Origin: Macrostomum lignano
Taxonomy: Eukaryota
NCBI GenBank assembly: GCA_002269645.1
Contig: NIVC01000396.1
Span: forward strand, 124,001-188,000
DNA length: 64,000 bases
Reading direction: 5' to 3'
The notes below the pieces were generated by a model. That model made no database searches and was not told the origin of the DNA. It worked only from the letters and a program-made list of their open reading frames with translations. Position 1 is the first letter of the stretch. Every line of letters starts with the position of its first letter. Both the position numbers and the translations under genes were made by a program. Below are positions 36,470 to 48,656 of this stretch, one piece after another.

Positions 36470-38300
36470 CGTCCTTCTACTTAAGATGTTCTTGGGTAAT
36501 AGTAGAAGATGTGGTTTACCAAGTTGGGGGTGCCACAGTCTGTGCAAGAGTTGTGATCCTGCATGCCAAGGCAGTGGCGAATGGTTCCACACAAGGTGCT
36601 GGCTCTAGCATAGAGTTGATTGATGGTGACATTCTCTTGTTGATTGCAGTTAGATTGTTGTTGGCAAAGAGGTAGGTTGAAGAGCACTCAAAGAGGTTGG
36701 CAATGTTCTATGGTGACAATACATTAGGTACTAGGTGAGGCCCTATTGACCCAGCTAACGCTGCTATAGTCAGCACAGGCATGGATAGTGGCAATGTAGG
36801 CCATGTGGAGGACTTTAAAGTGGGCACCTATGTTGCAATAGGCTAGGGTGTTGATGGTACTACAGAGTTAGGCCATCCGCTGGTAGACCTCAGTGCCATG
36901 TTTGGCAAAATTGAACTCACCATTGAGAGTGATACCAAGCAAATGGGGATGCAGGTTGAAGGCAATGTCATGGCTGCTGATGGTAAATTGGAGGCGCACC
37001 TTGCTATATGAGTGAATGTCATATACTCACATTTTTGTAGCTGATAAGTACCTTCCAATGGCTGCACCATGATGCCTTGGTTTCTAAGGCTAGCTGGATT
37101 ATGTGGGCATAGTCAGTAAAACAGTGATAGGTGGCAAGGAGATTGAGGCCGGATTCCTAGGTATGGCTGATAGTGGGTGGCCTGGCAGGGCATTGCCACA
37201 GACATTGTGGGCCAGGCAAAAAAGTCAGAGTTGATGTCAAGGTTGATGCATGTGTCTTCCTTATGCTGCTGCTTTGCCAGGATAATGGTGTTGCAGAGGC
37301 AGTGGTAGGCCTTGTGGAAAACTTGCTCATTTAATGAATAATACACTTGTAAAAAGGGAATGCCAAACTAAACATGCTTAGTGCCAACATGTTTCAATGC
37401 AAACCATCCTCTTTAGGGCACGCTGCAACAAACAACCTCAACAACCATATATTTATAATCAGAACTAAACAAAACAGTAGACAGAATGATTTTAGTCCAG
37501 TCAATAAAATAGAGTACATTGAGAAGAGAGTCACCCTCTAGTGACCACTCACAGTACTCTGAGTTGGTGCTCCATGTACCCCACTGCTAGCAAGCTGTAC
37601 ATTTAAACTATGCTTATTAACTTTGATGTACAAGCTATGAAGCTTCAATAATTCTTATTTTAAAATCTTTTTTACATCTATCTAACATTGAACATCTGCA
37701 TAGGATCATTGTCAAAACATGCTGTGCAACCTAACAAGTGATCTTAAATTGCAAAAACTTAAAGGTAGGTCTGTTGGAAAAAGGAGATGTTCTGCTCCAT
37801 GGCATTGAGTTCAACTAGACTACAAGCAGTTTGGCAGGCCTCTTGAGCAGCATTGCAGTCGTTGTTCCAGAACTTGGCAGCGTTGTGGCAGCAGCCCCTC
37901 AGGATGGTGTACAATGTGGCTGTGCAGGATGTCTTTGCAGAGATTGTTGTAGGCCTGATTGGTGCTATTTGCAAATTGTGCAAAGCATTTTCAAGAGTTA
38001 GAGCTTTGAGCAGAAGCTTGCCCAGTCTGCCTTTTTGAAGGCCGACTGAAAGGGGCTGTGGGAAGCCCTCTGACACTTGCTAACTTGGATGGCAAAGTTG
38101 ATAGGAAGATGATGAGAGCCTAGATCGTTGATGGGGTCTAGCTTTTGTGTACCACTTTGCCAGTGGTGCCCCAACACCATGTAGAGTTGGGCCTAGGTGG
38201 TTGGAGGTGGCCCACAATTCGAAGGCAAGACTGGTGTCTTCATCAAGCTTCATCAGAGCTATAGTCAGTTTTGGATGCACATATGCAAGTTTTGTTCCAT
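36470..38300 (-). mobile_element. Old, deleted non-LTR retrotransposon related to the LINE at 40461-43039
   Basis: Endonuclease C-terminal DLGSHHLPI...FKKADW; thumb-like HPHLLGITL...ADYSSVSW; C-terminal TINQL..RHCLG...CTDCG...HI matching the young copy's CCHC region. Most RT and RNase H sequence is missing. Confidence 0.65.
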
Positions 38301-38574
38301 AGACAGCGAGACAAAGGCACTGTTTTGTAACCCAGTGTCAGAATTGAATGACAATGGAAACTCCTATTTTGTATTTTTACCTTCCTATTTAGGCAGACAA
38401 GAGCAATTACTTCAACAATAAGCCTGATTGCCTGAACAGTAGTTTGTTAGTAACCTGTATATTTAATAGCAGTAGTAGGGAGCGAGGTGGAATTAGATTA
38501 GTGCTATGTTCACAGTTTTCAAATGCAAGTACATGTAAGCCTACAGAGGGCATACTTCTTTAACCGATTGCCGC

Positions 38575-38648
38575 TGCAAATGTCCGGCTGGCAAAAGTCG
38601 GCTGGCAAACGTCGGCTGGCAAACGTCCAGCAGGCAAACGTCGTAGAC
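38575..38648. repeat. Short tandem GGCAAACGTC-type repeats, possibly a transposon subterminal repeat
   Basis: Four to five about 14-bp imperfect units; no partner end found in the window. Confidence 0.4.
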
Positions 38649-38836
38649 CCGTTCAAATCTTTTGTTATCATAAGATGGACAAAATTTACCTATTGATAAA
38701 AGTTTACATGTGCATATGTTAAACTAATACTTTTTTCATTCAAAAGTTTTCTTAAAACCCCTTTCTCTACTTATAAGTAGACAGTATAGCACTCCTACAC
38801 TATCTTAGTTTCAGAGAAATCAATAAAACATTTTTA

Positions 38837-39799
38837 ATGAAGCTCAAGGCACAGCCAGACTATGACACCCAGCGGGATGAGAAGGAGGGCCGCCTGCGGG
38901 ATGTGTCCGACCAGGCCATCTGGTGGCTGTCCTCCTGCAAGCCCGGTTATGGAGTGCAGAACCTCATGAGTGACTCGCTGGCCACCTACTGGCAGTCTGA
39001 CGGGCCGCAGCCTCATCTGGTGAACATTCAGTTCCGCAGGAAGACGGCCGTCTGCTCTCTGTGCGTTTATGTTGACTTCAAGCAGGACGAGTCCTACACT
39101 CCCAGCAAGCTGGCTGTGAAGGCTGGCAACCACTTCCAGGTGCGCTCCTGTTTCCGCATTTCCTCAGCCAGCCTCCCAGATCCTCAGTTGCTGGGCTCCC
39201 GTAGCCTCCCAGATCCTCAGTTGCTGGGGGCACCGCCAGCCTCCCAGATCCTCAGTTGCTGGGCTCCCGTAGCCTCCCAGATCCTCAGTTGCTGGGCTCC
39301 CGTAGCCTCCCAGATCCTCAGTTGCTGGGGGCACCGCCAGCCTCCCAGATCCTCAGTTGCTGGGCCACCTCCAGCCTCAAAGATCTTCAGTTACTTGGCC
39401 ACCTCCAGCCTCCAAGATCTTCAATTGCTGAGCCACTGCCAACCTCCCAGATCCTCAGTTGCTGAGCCACTGGTCAAGTTAGCTCCAATCTTCGGCTTCC
39501 CTGACAATCCAGAGACCCATCACGCACCTTAACCCACGCCGCAGGACCTGGAAGAGGTGGAGTCCGTTGAGCTGCTCGAGCCCTCGGGCTGGGTGGTCAT
39601 CGACCTGCGGAGCGGCGGCCGGCCGCGCCGGGCCTTCATCCTGCAGCTGGTGGTGCTGGCCAACCACCAGAACGGCCGCGACACCCACCTGCGCCGGATC
39701 AAGGTGCTGTCGCTGGCAGCTGGCGGCGGCAGCGGCGTCGGTGACAGCCAGCAGGGCGGCGGAGCCTCCAGCCTGGCCATCTTTGATAAAATTCGCTGA
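38837..39799 (+). CDS. ANAPC10: Anaphase-promoting complex subunit 10 (APC10/Doc1), 2 exons, 185 aa
   Basis: Exons 38837-39139 and 39545-39799 (phase-0 GT-AG intron). Motifs WWLSSCKPGYGV, YWQSDGPQPHLVNIQF, DESYTPSK, NHQNGRDTHLR. Confidence 0.95.
39168..39470. repeat. 33-35-bp intronic minisatellite (AGCCTCCCAGATCCTCAGTTGCTGGG...)
   Basis: Fills most of the APC10 intron. Confidence 0.9.
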
Positions 39800-40371
39800 G
39801 CTCTTCATCTCTCCCTCTATACGGGGTCCTAGCGCTTTGCGTTTATTTCAATTGGCATTTTTCACTTTTTTATGTCTATAAGTAGTACGATTTGCTACTG
39901 ACTGCTACACTACTGATCGATATCAGTAGTTGATGCTAATTTTCCCGATGTATTTGCATAAATAAACAAGTATTTAGTAGGCCGGTACTGTAGGTCAAAA
40001 ATGATTTGCTGCATAAAATTAGTCATTTATTTGTACAAAGCCTTATCAAATTAAATGGAGAAAGTAAGATATTAAATGTTTTTTTTCTTTCGTATTATTT
40101 GTTATTGAGTACGATTGCTAAATTTTGAGTCATTTTAAACAAAAAGTAGAAAACTTCGTACTCTACGGCCGTGCTTCTGTGCTCAGAAACCCCTACTTAC
40201 TCACTGACAGGCCAAGGAGATCTCGAAGGGCTATTCTGGAGTAGCAACTTCTCACGCAACCAGTTTACTTTCAGACACCATTTTTAAGCTACTCAGAGAG
40301 CAGGCGGTCTCTGAGACCACCAATAGTTAAGGGGAGGGCTTGCGGTTAGGGTTAAAGTCAAGCCTCGGGGG

Positions 40372-40460
40372 GATTGCTGAGCTACTGCGGGGGGTTGCTG
40401 AGCTGCTGCGGGGGTTGCTGAGCTGCCGTAGTGTGAGTTGCTGAGCTGCTGCGGGGGGTT
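40372..40460. repeat. GC-rich minisatellite, left part (interrupted by the LINE)
   Basis: GGGGTTGCTGAGCTGCTGC units continuing at 43040. Confidence 0.85.
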
Positions 40461-43039
40461 TCTTTCTTTCTTTTTCTTCAGGGCTCCTCCGTATCCGACT
40501 CTGCCGATCTAGAGGGGGGCAGGCGCCCCATGCTGCGAAGTAGGCCGATGATGGCCTCCGGGGACTCCATCAAGTCCTCGGAGGCGAGCCCATGGACTGC
40601 CCGGTAGCGGTCGCCACGGGGGCAGTCGTGTAGGATGTGGCGCACCGTGTCCTCCGCGGCGCCGCAATCGGGACAGGCAGCGGAGTCCGCGATGCCAAGC
40701 CTGTGGCGGGTGCTGAAGTTAATCATGCTGGCGCCAGCGCGGAGCTGGTTTATCAGCACCTGGAGGCGGCGTGGGAGGTGAGCCGGTGGTGGTTTGGCCG
40801 GTGCCGCGTAGTCGGCGTCCATGGCCCGGCGGCGGCGGCGGAGGGCTGTCCTAGCCGCTTGTAGCTGGAGCGGCACGTGTTGTTGGTCGAGGGCGGCCGC
40901 TTCCGATGCCGCTTTGTCGGCCTCCTCATTGCCCGCCAGACCGCAGTGGGCTGGGACCCAACGGAAGGTGACCGTGCGGTTACCGGTCGTGAGACGGAGA
41001 AGAAGGTCCCAACAGTCCGACGCCACGCTGTCAGTTTGGGCCAGAGGGCCGGCACTCAGGGCCTGGACCGCGCTCAGGCTGTCGGTAGCGATGGTGACAG
41101 ACGGGGGGGCATCGTTGGAGAGAAGGAGCCTGAGGGCCTCGCGGATGGCGACCAGCTCCGCCGTAAAGCTGCTGCACCAGGCTCCGGCGGGTACGCAGTG
41201 GCGGGTGCCAGGGGCCTCCCATTGAGCGATGGCCGCTCCCCCGCCGTTCCTCGAGCCTTCGCCGACGGACCCGTCGGTCCAGATGTCGCACGGGCTGGCG
41301 GCCAGATCGGCGACGGCGGGGCTGACGCGCTCCAGCTTCTCGAGCGCCGTCATCTGGCGGGAGACCAGGGCGGTGAGAGAGGTGTCGAACTCGACCGTCT
41401 CCGCCCCTTCGGCATCCCAGGGTGGCGGGCCAAGGTGGCGAGCCGCGCGTTGGAGACGGTCAAGCTCGCAGCCGCTGCAGAGCTCCTCTGCGGATCTACG
41501 CCAGCAGCCCCTGTGGGGGCGGTTGGCATCCAAGGCCGCTCCGGGTTGGCGGCTACGCTCTTCGCCGACGTCGCCTGCCCCGTCGACCCGGTGCGCGGCG
41601 GCCGCCGTTCTGGCCTGGGCTGCGTAAGTACGGTTCTATAGGCGAGGTCGCGTGGTCTTGGTGGCGATGATGTGGGCGGGAGTGTCCGCCTGTAGCCGCG
41701 CCATACGCTCGCGCAGCATGCTGGCGCGCTCCATCGCGACATGACTGACCGGGGGGGAGCTCTGCGATGCTGAGAAGTCGGTCGGTGTGGGTGGTTTGGA
41801 CGCACCCTGTGATGAGCCGCGCACAGGCGTTTTGTTGTCGTTCAATCATGAGTCGGGAGCTCGGGGCTGCTCCCGCCAGCCAGATTCCGCTGCCGTAGTC
41901 GGCCACTGAGCGCACGGTGGCGGTGTAGACCGCTCGAAGGCCATGCGGCGGCGAATGTCTTTGGCGTGTTCGGCAAAGCCGAGATGATCGTCGAGTTTCA
42001 CCCCAAGGAAGACTGGGTGGGGCTCAAAAGCCAGTTGTTTGTTGCCGATGCTGACATTGAGCCGAGCCTTGCCTCTATTTTCCGCTGGGCTGAGGCTGAA
42101 GGTGCTGTAGCAGCATTTGCCTGGGCTCAGCAGCACTTTCCAGCGCTCGCACCAACGTTCGACCGCGTCGAGAGCCGGTTGGAGTTTGCTCGCGCAGTTG
42201 GCTAGCTTGCGGTCCAGGGCCAGCAGGGCGCTGTCATCGGCGTAGAGGCTGGTCTCGACCTCCGGGGCGGCTTCCGCGATGGCCTTTGGCAGGTCCTTCA
42301 CGTAAACCAGCCAGAGGAGCGGGGCGATGACGCTCCCTTGGGGCAGTCCCTCGCGAAACACTCGCTCCTTACTGGTGGCGCTGCCGAAGCGGACCTTCGC
42401 GCGTCTGTCATTGATGAAACTGTTAATCTATCTGAGAAAGCAGACAGGGACGCCGAGTTCGCGAAGCTTACAAATGAGGGCCTTGCGCCAGACCCTGTCG
42501 TAGGCCCTCGAGAAGTCAAGCAGGCAGAGCATTGCTCGTTGAGCCTGCGGGTCCTCTAGGCCGTCGAAGATGGCCTGGGCGATGCGAGCGATCTGCTCTT
42601 CGCACGATCGGCCCTGGCGGAATCCAGCCTGCACCGAGCTGAGCATCCCGCGGTCTTCAAGGTCGTGGCGCAGGCGGAGGTAAACCATTTTTTCGGCGAC
42701 TTTGGCTATGCAGCTAGTCAGGGCCACTGGACGATAGCTGCCGGGGTCATCCGCGCGTTTTCCGCGTTTGGGTATCGGGATGATGATGGCCCGGCGCCAC
42801 TGATGCGGACAACGTCCAGCGAGCCAGGCTTTGTTAATGAGATTCAGGAGCCTGTTCTCGCTGCGGGCCGGGAGGCGTTTTAGCATCTCGTTTGTCACCT
42901 CGTCCGGGCCTGGGCTCTTTCTGGACTTAAGGGAGCGGAGTTCGGTGATGTTGAACTCCTTGCACAGGCCTGATCTGGCGGTTGGCGTGTGTGCGCTGCA
43001 TTCTGTGCGCATGGCGGCGAAGGTGTCACGGTTGATGGG
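40461..43039 (-). mobile_element. 5'-truncated LINE (I-group/Ingi-like) with RT, RNase H and CCHC; disabled
   Basis: KSPGPD, SYRPVALTSC, QAGFRQGRSC, LDFSRAYD, GLPQGSVIAP, LYADD; RNase H WTDGS..AELVAI..TDS..WVPAHCG..NEEAD; CPDCG..HILHDC. (GAAA)-rich tail at 40461-40477; stops at 42428 and 41636 plus frameshifts; candidate TSD GCGGGGGGTT at 40451-40460 and 43040-43049. Clade call is tentative. Confidence 0.9.
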
Positions 43040-43545
43040 GCGGGGGGTTGCTGAGCTGCTGCGGAGGTTGCTCAGCTGCTGCGGGGGTTGCTGAGCTGCT
43101 GCGGGGGTTGCTGAGCTGCCGTAGGAGGGGTTGCTGAACTGCTGCGGGGGTTGCTGAGCTGCCGTAGGAGGGGTTGCTGAACTGCTGCGGGGGTTGCTGA
43201 GCTGCCGTAGGAGGGGTTGCTGAACTGCTGCGGGGGTTGCTGAGCTGCCGTAGGAGGGGTTGCTGAACTGCTGCGGGGGTTGCTGAGCTGCCGTAGGAGG
43301 GGTTGCTGAACTGCTGCGGGGGTTGCTGATCTGCCGTAGGAGGGGTTGCTGAACTGCTGCGGGGGTTGCTGAGCTGCCGTAGGAGGGGTTGCTGAACTGC
43401 TGCGGGGGTTGCTGATCTGCCGTAGGAGGGGTTGCTGAACTGCTGCGGGGGTTGCTGAGCTGCCGTAGGAGGGGTTGCTGAACTGCTGCGGGGGTTGCTG
43501 AGCTGCCGTGGGGTGAGTTGCTGAGCTGCCGTAGGGGCGGGGAGC
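43040..43545. repeat. GC-rich 43-bp (20+23) minisatellite, right part
   Basis: Direct reading. Confidence 0.9.
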
Positions 43546-43938
43546 TGCTTTGGCTGAGAAGCTGGAAACTGAGGACACAATGCTTTTTTTCTTTTCAACA
43601 TCTTCATATTCACAGCGCCCCACGATACACGCGCAACTGGACACAAAAGTGACAGGACAGTTTTATTAGTTAATAATTTTGTGCCAAAGAAATAAACTTC
43701 GAATTTCACATGTAAAATCATGCAATACGAGCTTTGTATTTGAAAATGAGAGCTACTAACTCCAGAGTTGTCGTTTAAGATCTCCTTGGCCTTAGGGAGT
43801 GATTGAGCTCACTGAGCTCATATAGCCCTTACTGAAGATAACAGTTGCCGTCCAGATAAGCCGCTAAGCGAATATAAGCGAATGTGGGTAGAACTGCTTT
43901 GTTGACAAGCTATAAAGTGAGCCAATTTAGCCACCACA

Positions 43939-44262
43939 ATGGAGCAGTGGGTTGTTCTGGCCATCATTCTGGCTGTGCTGGCAGCTGGCTGCCTTGTCAG
44001 CTGCTATCTCTGCTACAAGCGCCGGTTGCAGCGTCGGTGTGAGGAGAAACTCGGAAAATCGCATGCGGCTCGGAGTGCCATCGCTGGGGCCTACGTGAAC
44101 TCGGCCATGATGCAGCAGGGGGAGCTGGGCGGCAGCGCCGATCTCATCGCCGTGGCGCCGTCCGCGGCCAGACCAGTCCGGTTTGATTATTACGGCGAGA
44201 CTGGCAGAGGCGACTCGGCGATTTTCTACACGCACGGGTCCGCGGCTGGCACCGCCGTTTGA
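43939..44262 (+). CDS. Small single-pass membrane protein, 107 aa, unknown function
   Basis: CCACCACAATGG start context; N-terminal hydrophobic helix, Cys cluster, KRR stop-transfer; GC-rich island. Could be the last exon of a longer gene (TTTAG just upstream). Confidence 0.6.
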   Translation: MEQWVVLAIILAVLAAGCLVSCYLCYKRRLQRRCEEKLGKSHAARSAIAGAYVNSAMMQQGELGGSADLIAVAPSAARPVRFDYYGETGRGDSAIFYTHGSAAGTAV

Positions 44263-44401
44263 GGCCGCGGGAGCTCTCCCTGTACTGTAACTGCATGTAC
44301 ATGTTTGTGATTTGGGGTGCTGTTTTGCTCATTGGTATAATTGTATGCTCAGGAGGGCCTCCACCTATTGTGACCCGTTAGGAAATCAGAATTTTGCTTC
44401 A

Positions 44402-45025
44402 GGGCGCCAAAATGAGTGCCTAAGGCGCCAAAATGAGTGCCTGGCGCCAAAATGAGTGCCTGAGGCGCCAAAATGAGTGGCCTGCGGCGCTAAAATGAGT
44501 GCCTGGCGCCAAAATTAGTGGCCTTCGGCGCCAAAATGAGTGGCCTGTAGTGCCAAAATGAGTGGCCTGTAGTGCCAAAATGAGTGCCTGTGGCGCCAAA
44601 ATGAGTGGCCTGTGGCGCCAAAACGAGCTGTGGCCTGTGGCGCCAAAATGAGTGGCCTGTGGCGCCAAAATTAGTGGCCTGTGGCGCCAAAATTAGTGGC
44701 CTGTGGCACCAAAATGAGTGGCATGTGGCGCCAAAATTAGTGGCCTGTTGCGCCAAAATGAGTGGCCTGTGGCGCCAAAATGAGTGGCATGTGGCGCCAA
44801 AATGAGTGGCCTGTGGCGCCAAAATTAGTGGCCTGTGGCGCCAAAATGAGTGGCCTGTGGCACCAAAATGAGTGGCATGTGACGCCAAAATGAGTGGCCT
44901 GTGGCGCCAAAATGAGTGGCCTGTGGCGCCAAAATGAGTGTCTGGTCCCAAAATTTTTTTGGGGCACCAAAATGAGTGGCATGTGGCGCCAAAATTAGTG
45001 GCCTGCGGCGCCAAAATAAGTGCCT
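44402..45025. repeat. About 22-bp minisatellite (GGCGCCAAAATGAGTGGCCTGT)n
   Basis: Direct reading. Confidence 0.95.
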
Positions 45026-45804
45026 GTGGAAAATTATAGTTTTATTATAATAATAATTTTATTTCGCACTTGTATTTTTGTTTCCAAACTGTAACTATTT
45101 GTAAATGCGTCACATGTCTTCTCCAAATGCATTAAAATTGTGCTCTAATTTGTAAAAAAATGGATTGATTTTGTAGACGCGAAAGCAATGTTAAATATAG
45201 TTTTTCAACATTTTCATTATCTAAAAAATTAAAATACAGACTACTGTTCACCGATGGCTTAGAAGTAGTGCATTGAGAACATGACATACAATATTAAAAT
45301 TTCTAGTGTATAAGCACTATTGGGGGTATAATATACTGATGCAAAATCCATGCCCTGGCACCTGTGCACCGCCAATATTAAGGTTTCGATCCCCCTGGTC
45401 TGTTTCCCCCCCCCCCACCCCCACCTCATTCAGTCAGTGCATCCCGTCAGGCTTCTAGGCTCTGCATTGGCGCGCTGCGTGTACCTTTCTTCTGGGGCGA
45501 AAAAAGTGGTAAACATCGGATTCCTTCTAAAACACCTGGTCGAGGGGCATTCATTTTTGGGTTGCCGGCCAAACGGCTGTATACGCTCGTAAACCTTAAT
45601 TAGGGGCAGCGCAGAGTTGCTAACGAAGCGCCTGTAGAAGTCGGAAGACGCGACTTAAACAGGTTCGGCGCCTGTCCCACCGGCAGTTACTTTAGTCTCC
45701 TGTGGCAGGTTTGAAACTAGAAAATCTGAAGCCAAAACAGCGGCGCTAGCCAGGATAATTTAGCAAATCATTCAACCAGACAGCATTGCGGACACGCGCA
45801 CGCG

Positions 45805-46746
45805 ATGAGCCTGACTGCCATCGCCGAGGAGCCGCCACCGTCGCCGCCACCGTCGCCTCCGCCGAATCCGCGGCCGCAACCGGCGCCTCCTCCATCGTCG
45901 CCTTCGCCTCCACCGACGCCACCGACGCCTCCATCGCCTGCATCTCCGCAGACGCCAAACGAGTCTTCGCTGATGGACGGCGGCGAGTGCGGCGGCGGTG
46001 CCAAACCGGAGGCGGCCCAGCGGCTCGGCCTCCGGTGTCACCGCCTGCGGGCGGCCGCCTCCGCGGTGTACTATGCGGTCGCCCTGGCCGCCCTGGCCGC
46101 CTCCGCCGTCCTGCTGATCGGAGGCTTCCGCAGCGGCTCCCGCGCCGCCCTGACCGCCGGCACCCTGCTGCTGTGCGCCGCCTTCGGCCTGTGCACCAAC
46201 CGCTGCTGCCTCGGCCAGCTGCTCGGCTCTCCGCCCACCGCCGCCGCCGTCGGCACCAAGGCAGCCTCGTCTCTCTCGTCGCCGTCAACGGGGAAAAAGT
46301 CGCCGCGGAAGGAGCGCCCGGAGGCGTCGGCGTCGGTGGCCGCGATGGCCAAGCGGAGCTTCCGGCTGGCCGCGGTGGCCGCCGCAGCAGCGGCGTCGGC
46401 CTCGGACGAAACGGCAGCGGCGTCGTCTTCGCCGCCGACAACACCGCGTCGGGCGCCGCTGAACGTCAACGGCCCCCTGCTGGGCGGCGGCCGGCGCTGC
46501 TCGGCATTCGGCCTCGGCCCGGGCGACCCCGCGGCCCGCCTGGCGTTCATGCGGCAGCGCTCGGCGCCCGGCTCGGCGTCTGGCGCCGCTGCGGTTGTCG
46601 CCGGCGCCGGCGGTGGCAGCGGTGGCCGGCGGATGAGCTCCGCGCTGCAGCTGCAGCAGCTGGCCGCCTCGGCAGACGATGGCGACGATGCCGGCGGCTG
46701 CTGGATGTCATCCGGAGGCCTCGGGGAGTTTGTCGAATTCGCCTGA
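45805..46746 (+). CDS. Intronless proline-rich protein with two predicted TM helices, 313 aa, unknown function
   Basis: Long GC3-rich ORF; poly-Pro N-terminus; hydrophobic hairpin (AVYYAVALAALAASAVLLIGG / ALTAGTLLLCAAFGLC); Ser/Ala-rich tail. Confidence 0.7.
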   Translation: MSLTAIAEEPPPSPPPSPPPNPRPQPAPPPSSPSPPPTPPTPPSPASPQTPNESSLMDGGECGGGAKPEAAQRLGLRCHRLRAAASAVYYAVALAALAASAVLLIGGFRSGSRAALTAGTLLLCAAFGLCTNRCCLGQLLGSPPTAAAVGTKAASSLSSPSTGKKSPRKERPEASASVAAMAKRSFRLAAVAAAAAASASDETAAASSSPPTTPRRAPLNVNGPLLGGGRRCSAFGLGPGDPAARLAFMRQRSAPGSASGAAAVVAGAGGGSGGRRMSSALQLQQLAASADDGDDAGGCWMSSGGLGEFVEFA

Positions 46747-46931
46747 TTGATTGACAGCTCAAGAATCCTGCTCCGTATTGAGCAGCTGCCGTGAACAGAA
46801 GTTCAGGCAATTCTGACTTTCAGCACCGGTAAAATCTTTGATAAGCGGCTTTAGAGGCAAAGATAAAAGATAATGTAGCTTGACCTGTGCCAGACAATTC
46901 GATGCTAATATACATAAAAAAATTCTACAAT

Positions 46932-47105
46932 CGGGCGTCAATGTCTAGAATGGGGCGCCAATGTCTAGAATGGGGCGCCAATGTCCGGAATGGGGCGCCA
47001 ATGTCTAGAAATGGGGCGCCAATGTCTAGAATGGGGCGCCAATGTCTAGAAATGGGGCGCCAATGTCTAGAAATGGGGCGCCAATGTCTAGAATGGAGCG
47101 CTAAA
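46932..47105. repeat. 20-21-bp minisatellite (ATGTCTAGAATGGGGCGCCA)n
   Basis: Direct reading. Confidence 0.9.
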
Positions 47106-47634
47106 GTCAAGTTCGGATGAAAGATCTGTACAGATACCTTAACTCTAAAACATTTGCTTATGTTTCCCTTTTATATTACTAAAAGTAGGCTTAAAAGTGT
47201 TTAACGGTATTTTTCGAGTTCGATTGAATTTTTGTTGCATGCATTACAGTCTACCTCAAAACCGCTTGCTTCACCCCAGACGCACATTTTTATTAAACTA
47301 TGCGAATATTTTTGCATTCATATTTGTTACCATAGCAACTGAAGTGTTTGCTTTCTCAATTGAAATCTAACTTAAAGATTTTTCGCATTGAATTTTTTAG
47401 AAAAAGTATTGAATTAATCTGATTGCCTTGAAGTAACGCAAGTGTTTGCGAAAAAATCTAATTAATTGAATTTTTACCGGCTGGGAAAACGGGAAAAACA
47501 TCTCGAGATATAGCGAGTCAGCCTGGCTTTGTTTACTGTGGATACAGCAAATTACAGTAAGACAGGCTCGCAACTGTATTTGTTAAGGCGGAGATCTTGT
47601 CTGTCAATAAGATTTGACTTGCTGATTGAAAATG

Positions 47635-47920
47635 ACTTTGAAATCGACAGCCCTGTATTTGAAATCGACAACCCTGTATTTGAAATCGACAGTTCTGTAT
47701 TTGAAATCCACAACCCTGTATTTGAAATCCACAACCCTGTATTTGAAATCCACAACCCTGTATTTGAAATCGTCAACCCTGTATTTGAAATCGACAACCC
47801 TGTATTTGAAATCCACAACCCTGTATTTGAAATCCACAACCCTGTATTTGAAATCCACAACCCTGTATTTGAAATCCACAACCCTGTATTTGAAATCCAC
47901 AACCCTGTATTTGAAATCCA
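47635..47920. repeat. 21-bp minisatellite (TGAAATCCACAACCCTGTATT)n
   Basis: Direct reading. Confidence 0.95.
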
Positions 47921-48656
47921 GGAGCAGCCATTGTTCCAGACTGCGCCAGTCTCTCAGATTGTCAGTGTTTCCAGAAAAACTAATTAATTAATTTCCAGCT
48001 CCGGCCCGACACTCGAAACGTCGTGAAGTGTTGAGCGAGTGGGTGGCAGTCAAATCTCAGCTAAACGGTTCTCAGTTGCACACCTTTAGTTTATTGATTA
48101 TTCAATCAGCACAACGATGCTTTGTCAACCCGCCGCCCCTCACGCATCCCCTGTTGCTAGGCAGGCGCAATGATACTATTATTATTATTATTTTCGCAGT
48201 CATCCTACTCAACAGCTTCTCAGGGGGAGAGCAGGGTTATATTTTAGCTCGGCGAGTTGGCCCGCCCTGACAGCCGAGAGAATTCACGGCCGCTGTCCCA
48301 GCCTCTCAATCTGTTCTGCTATTTTGACCAAGCCCTTGTTCATCATCTCTCCTGCTGTTTGTCTATTCACTTCTGTTCGGTGTAGCTGGCATTGAGAGCC
48401 CCGGAGACCCGCCCTTGCCAGGCCTGACCCACCCCCAAGCCCAGCTGCAGTCGCAGACAGCATAAAAAAAGAAAGAAAAGAAACTTCGCAAACACTCATT
48501 GAATAAGGACCGCAGCAGCTCTCTTTGACGCGAAAACTTACACGGAGAGTGCCGGGCGTGTTTTGGCCTTGCTCAAGACAGCTTGAGTCCACCCCCCCCT
48601 TGCAGTAGCTGGGCTTTGGTTCTCACGGTTTGACAACTCTTATCAGCTGAGAGACC

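Noticed and set aside
39140-39544. Read-through extension of the APC10 ORF to 231 aa
   Set aside because: Splicing gives the normal 185-aa protein with its conserved C-terminal half; the extension is minisatellite.
43026-43721. Gln/Pro-rich 190-231 aa ORFs
   Set aside because: Translations of the 43-bp minisatellite.
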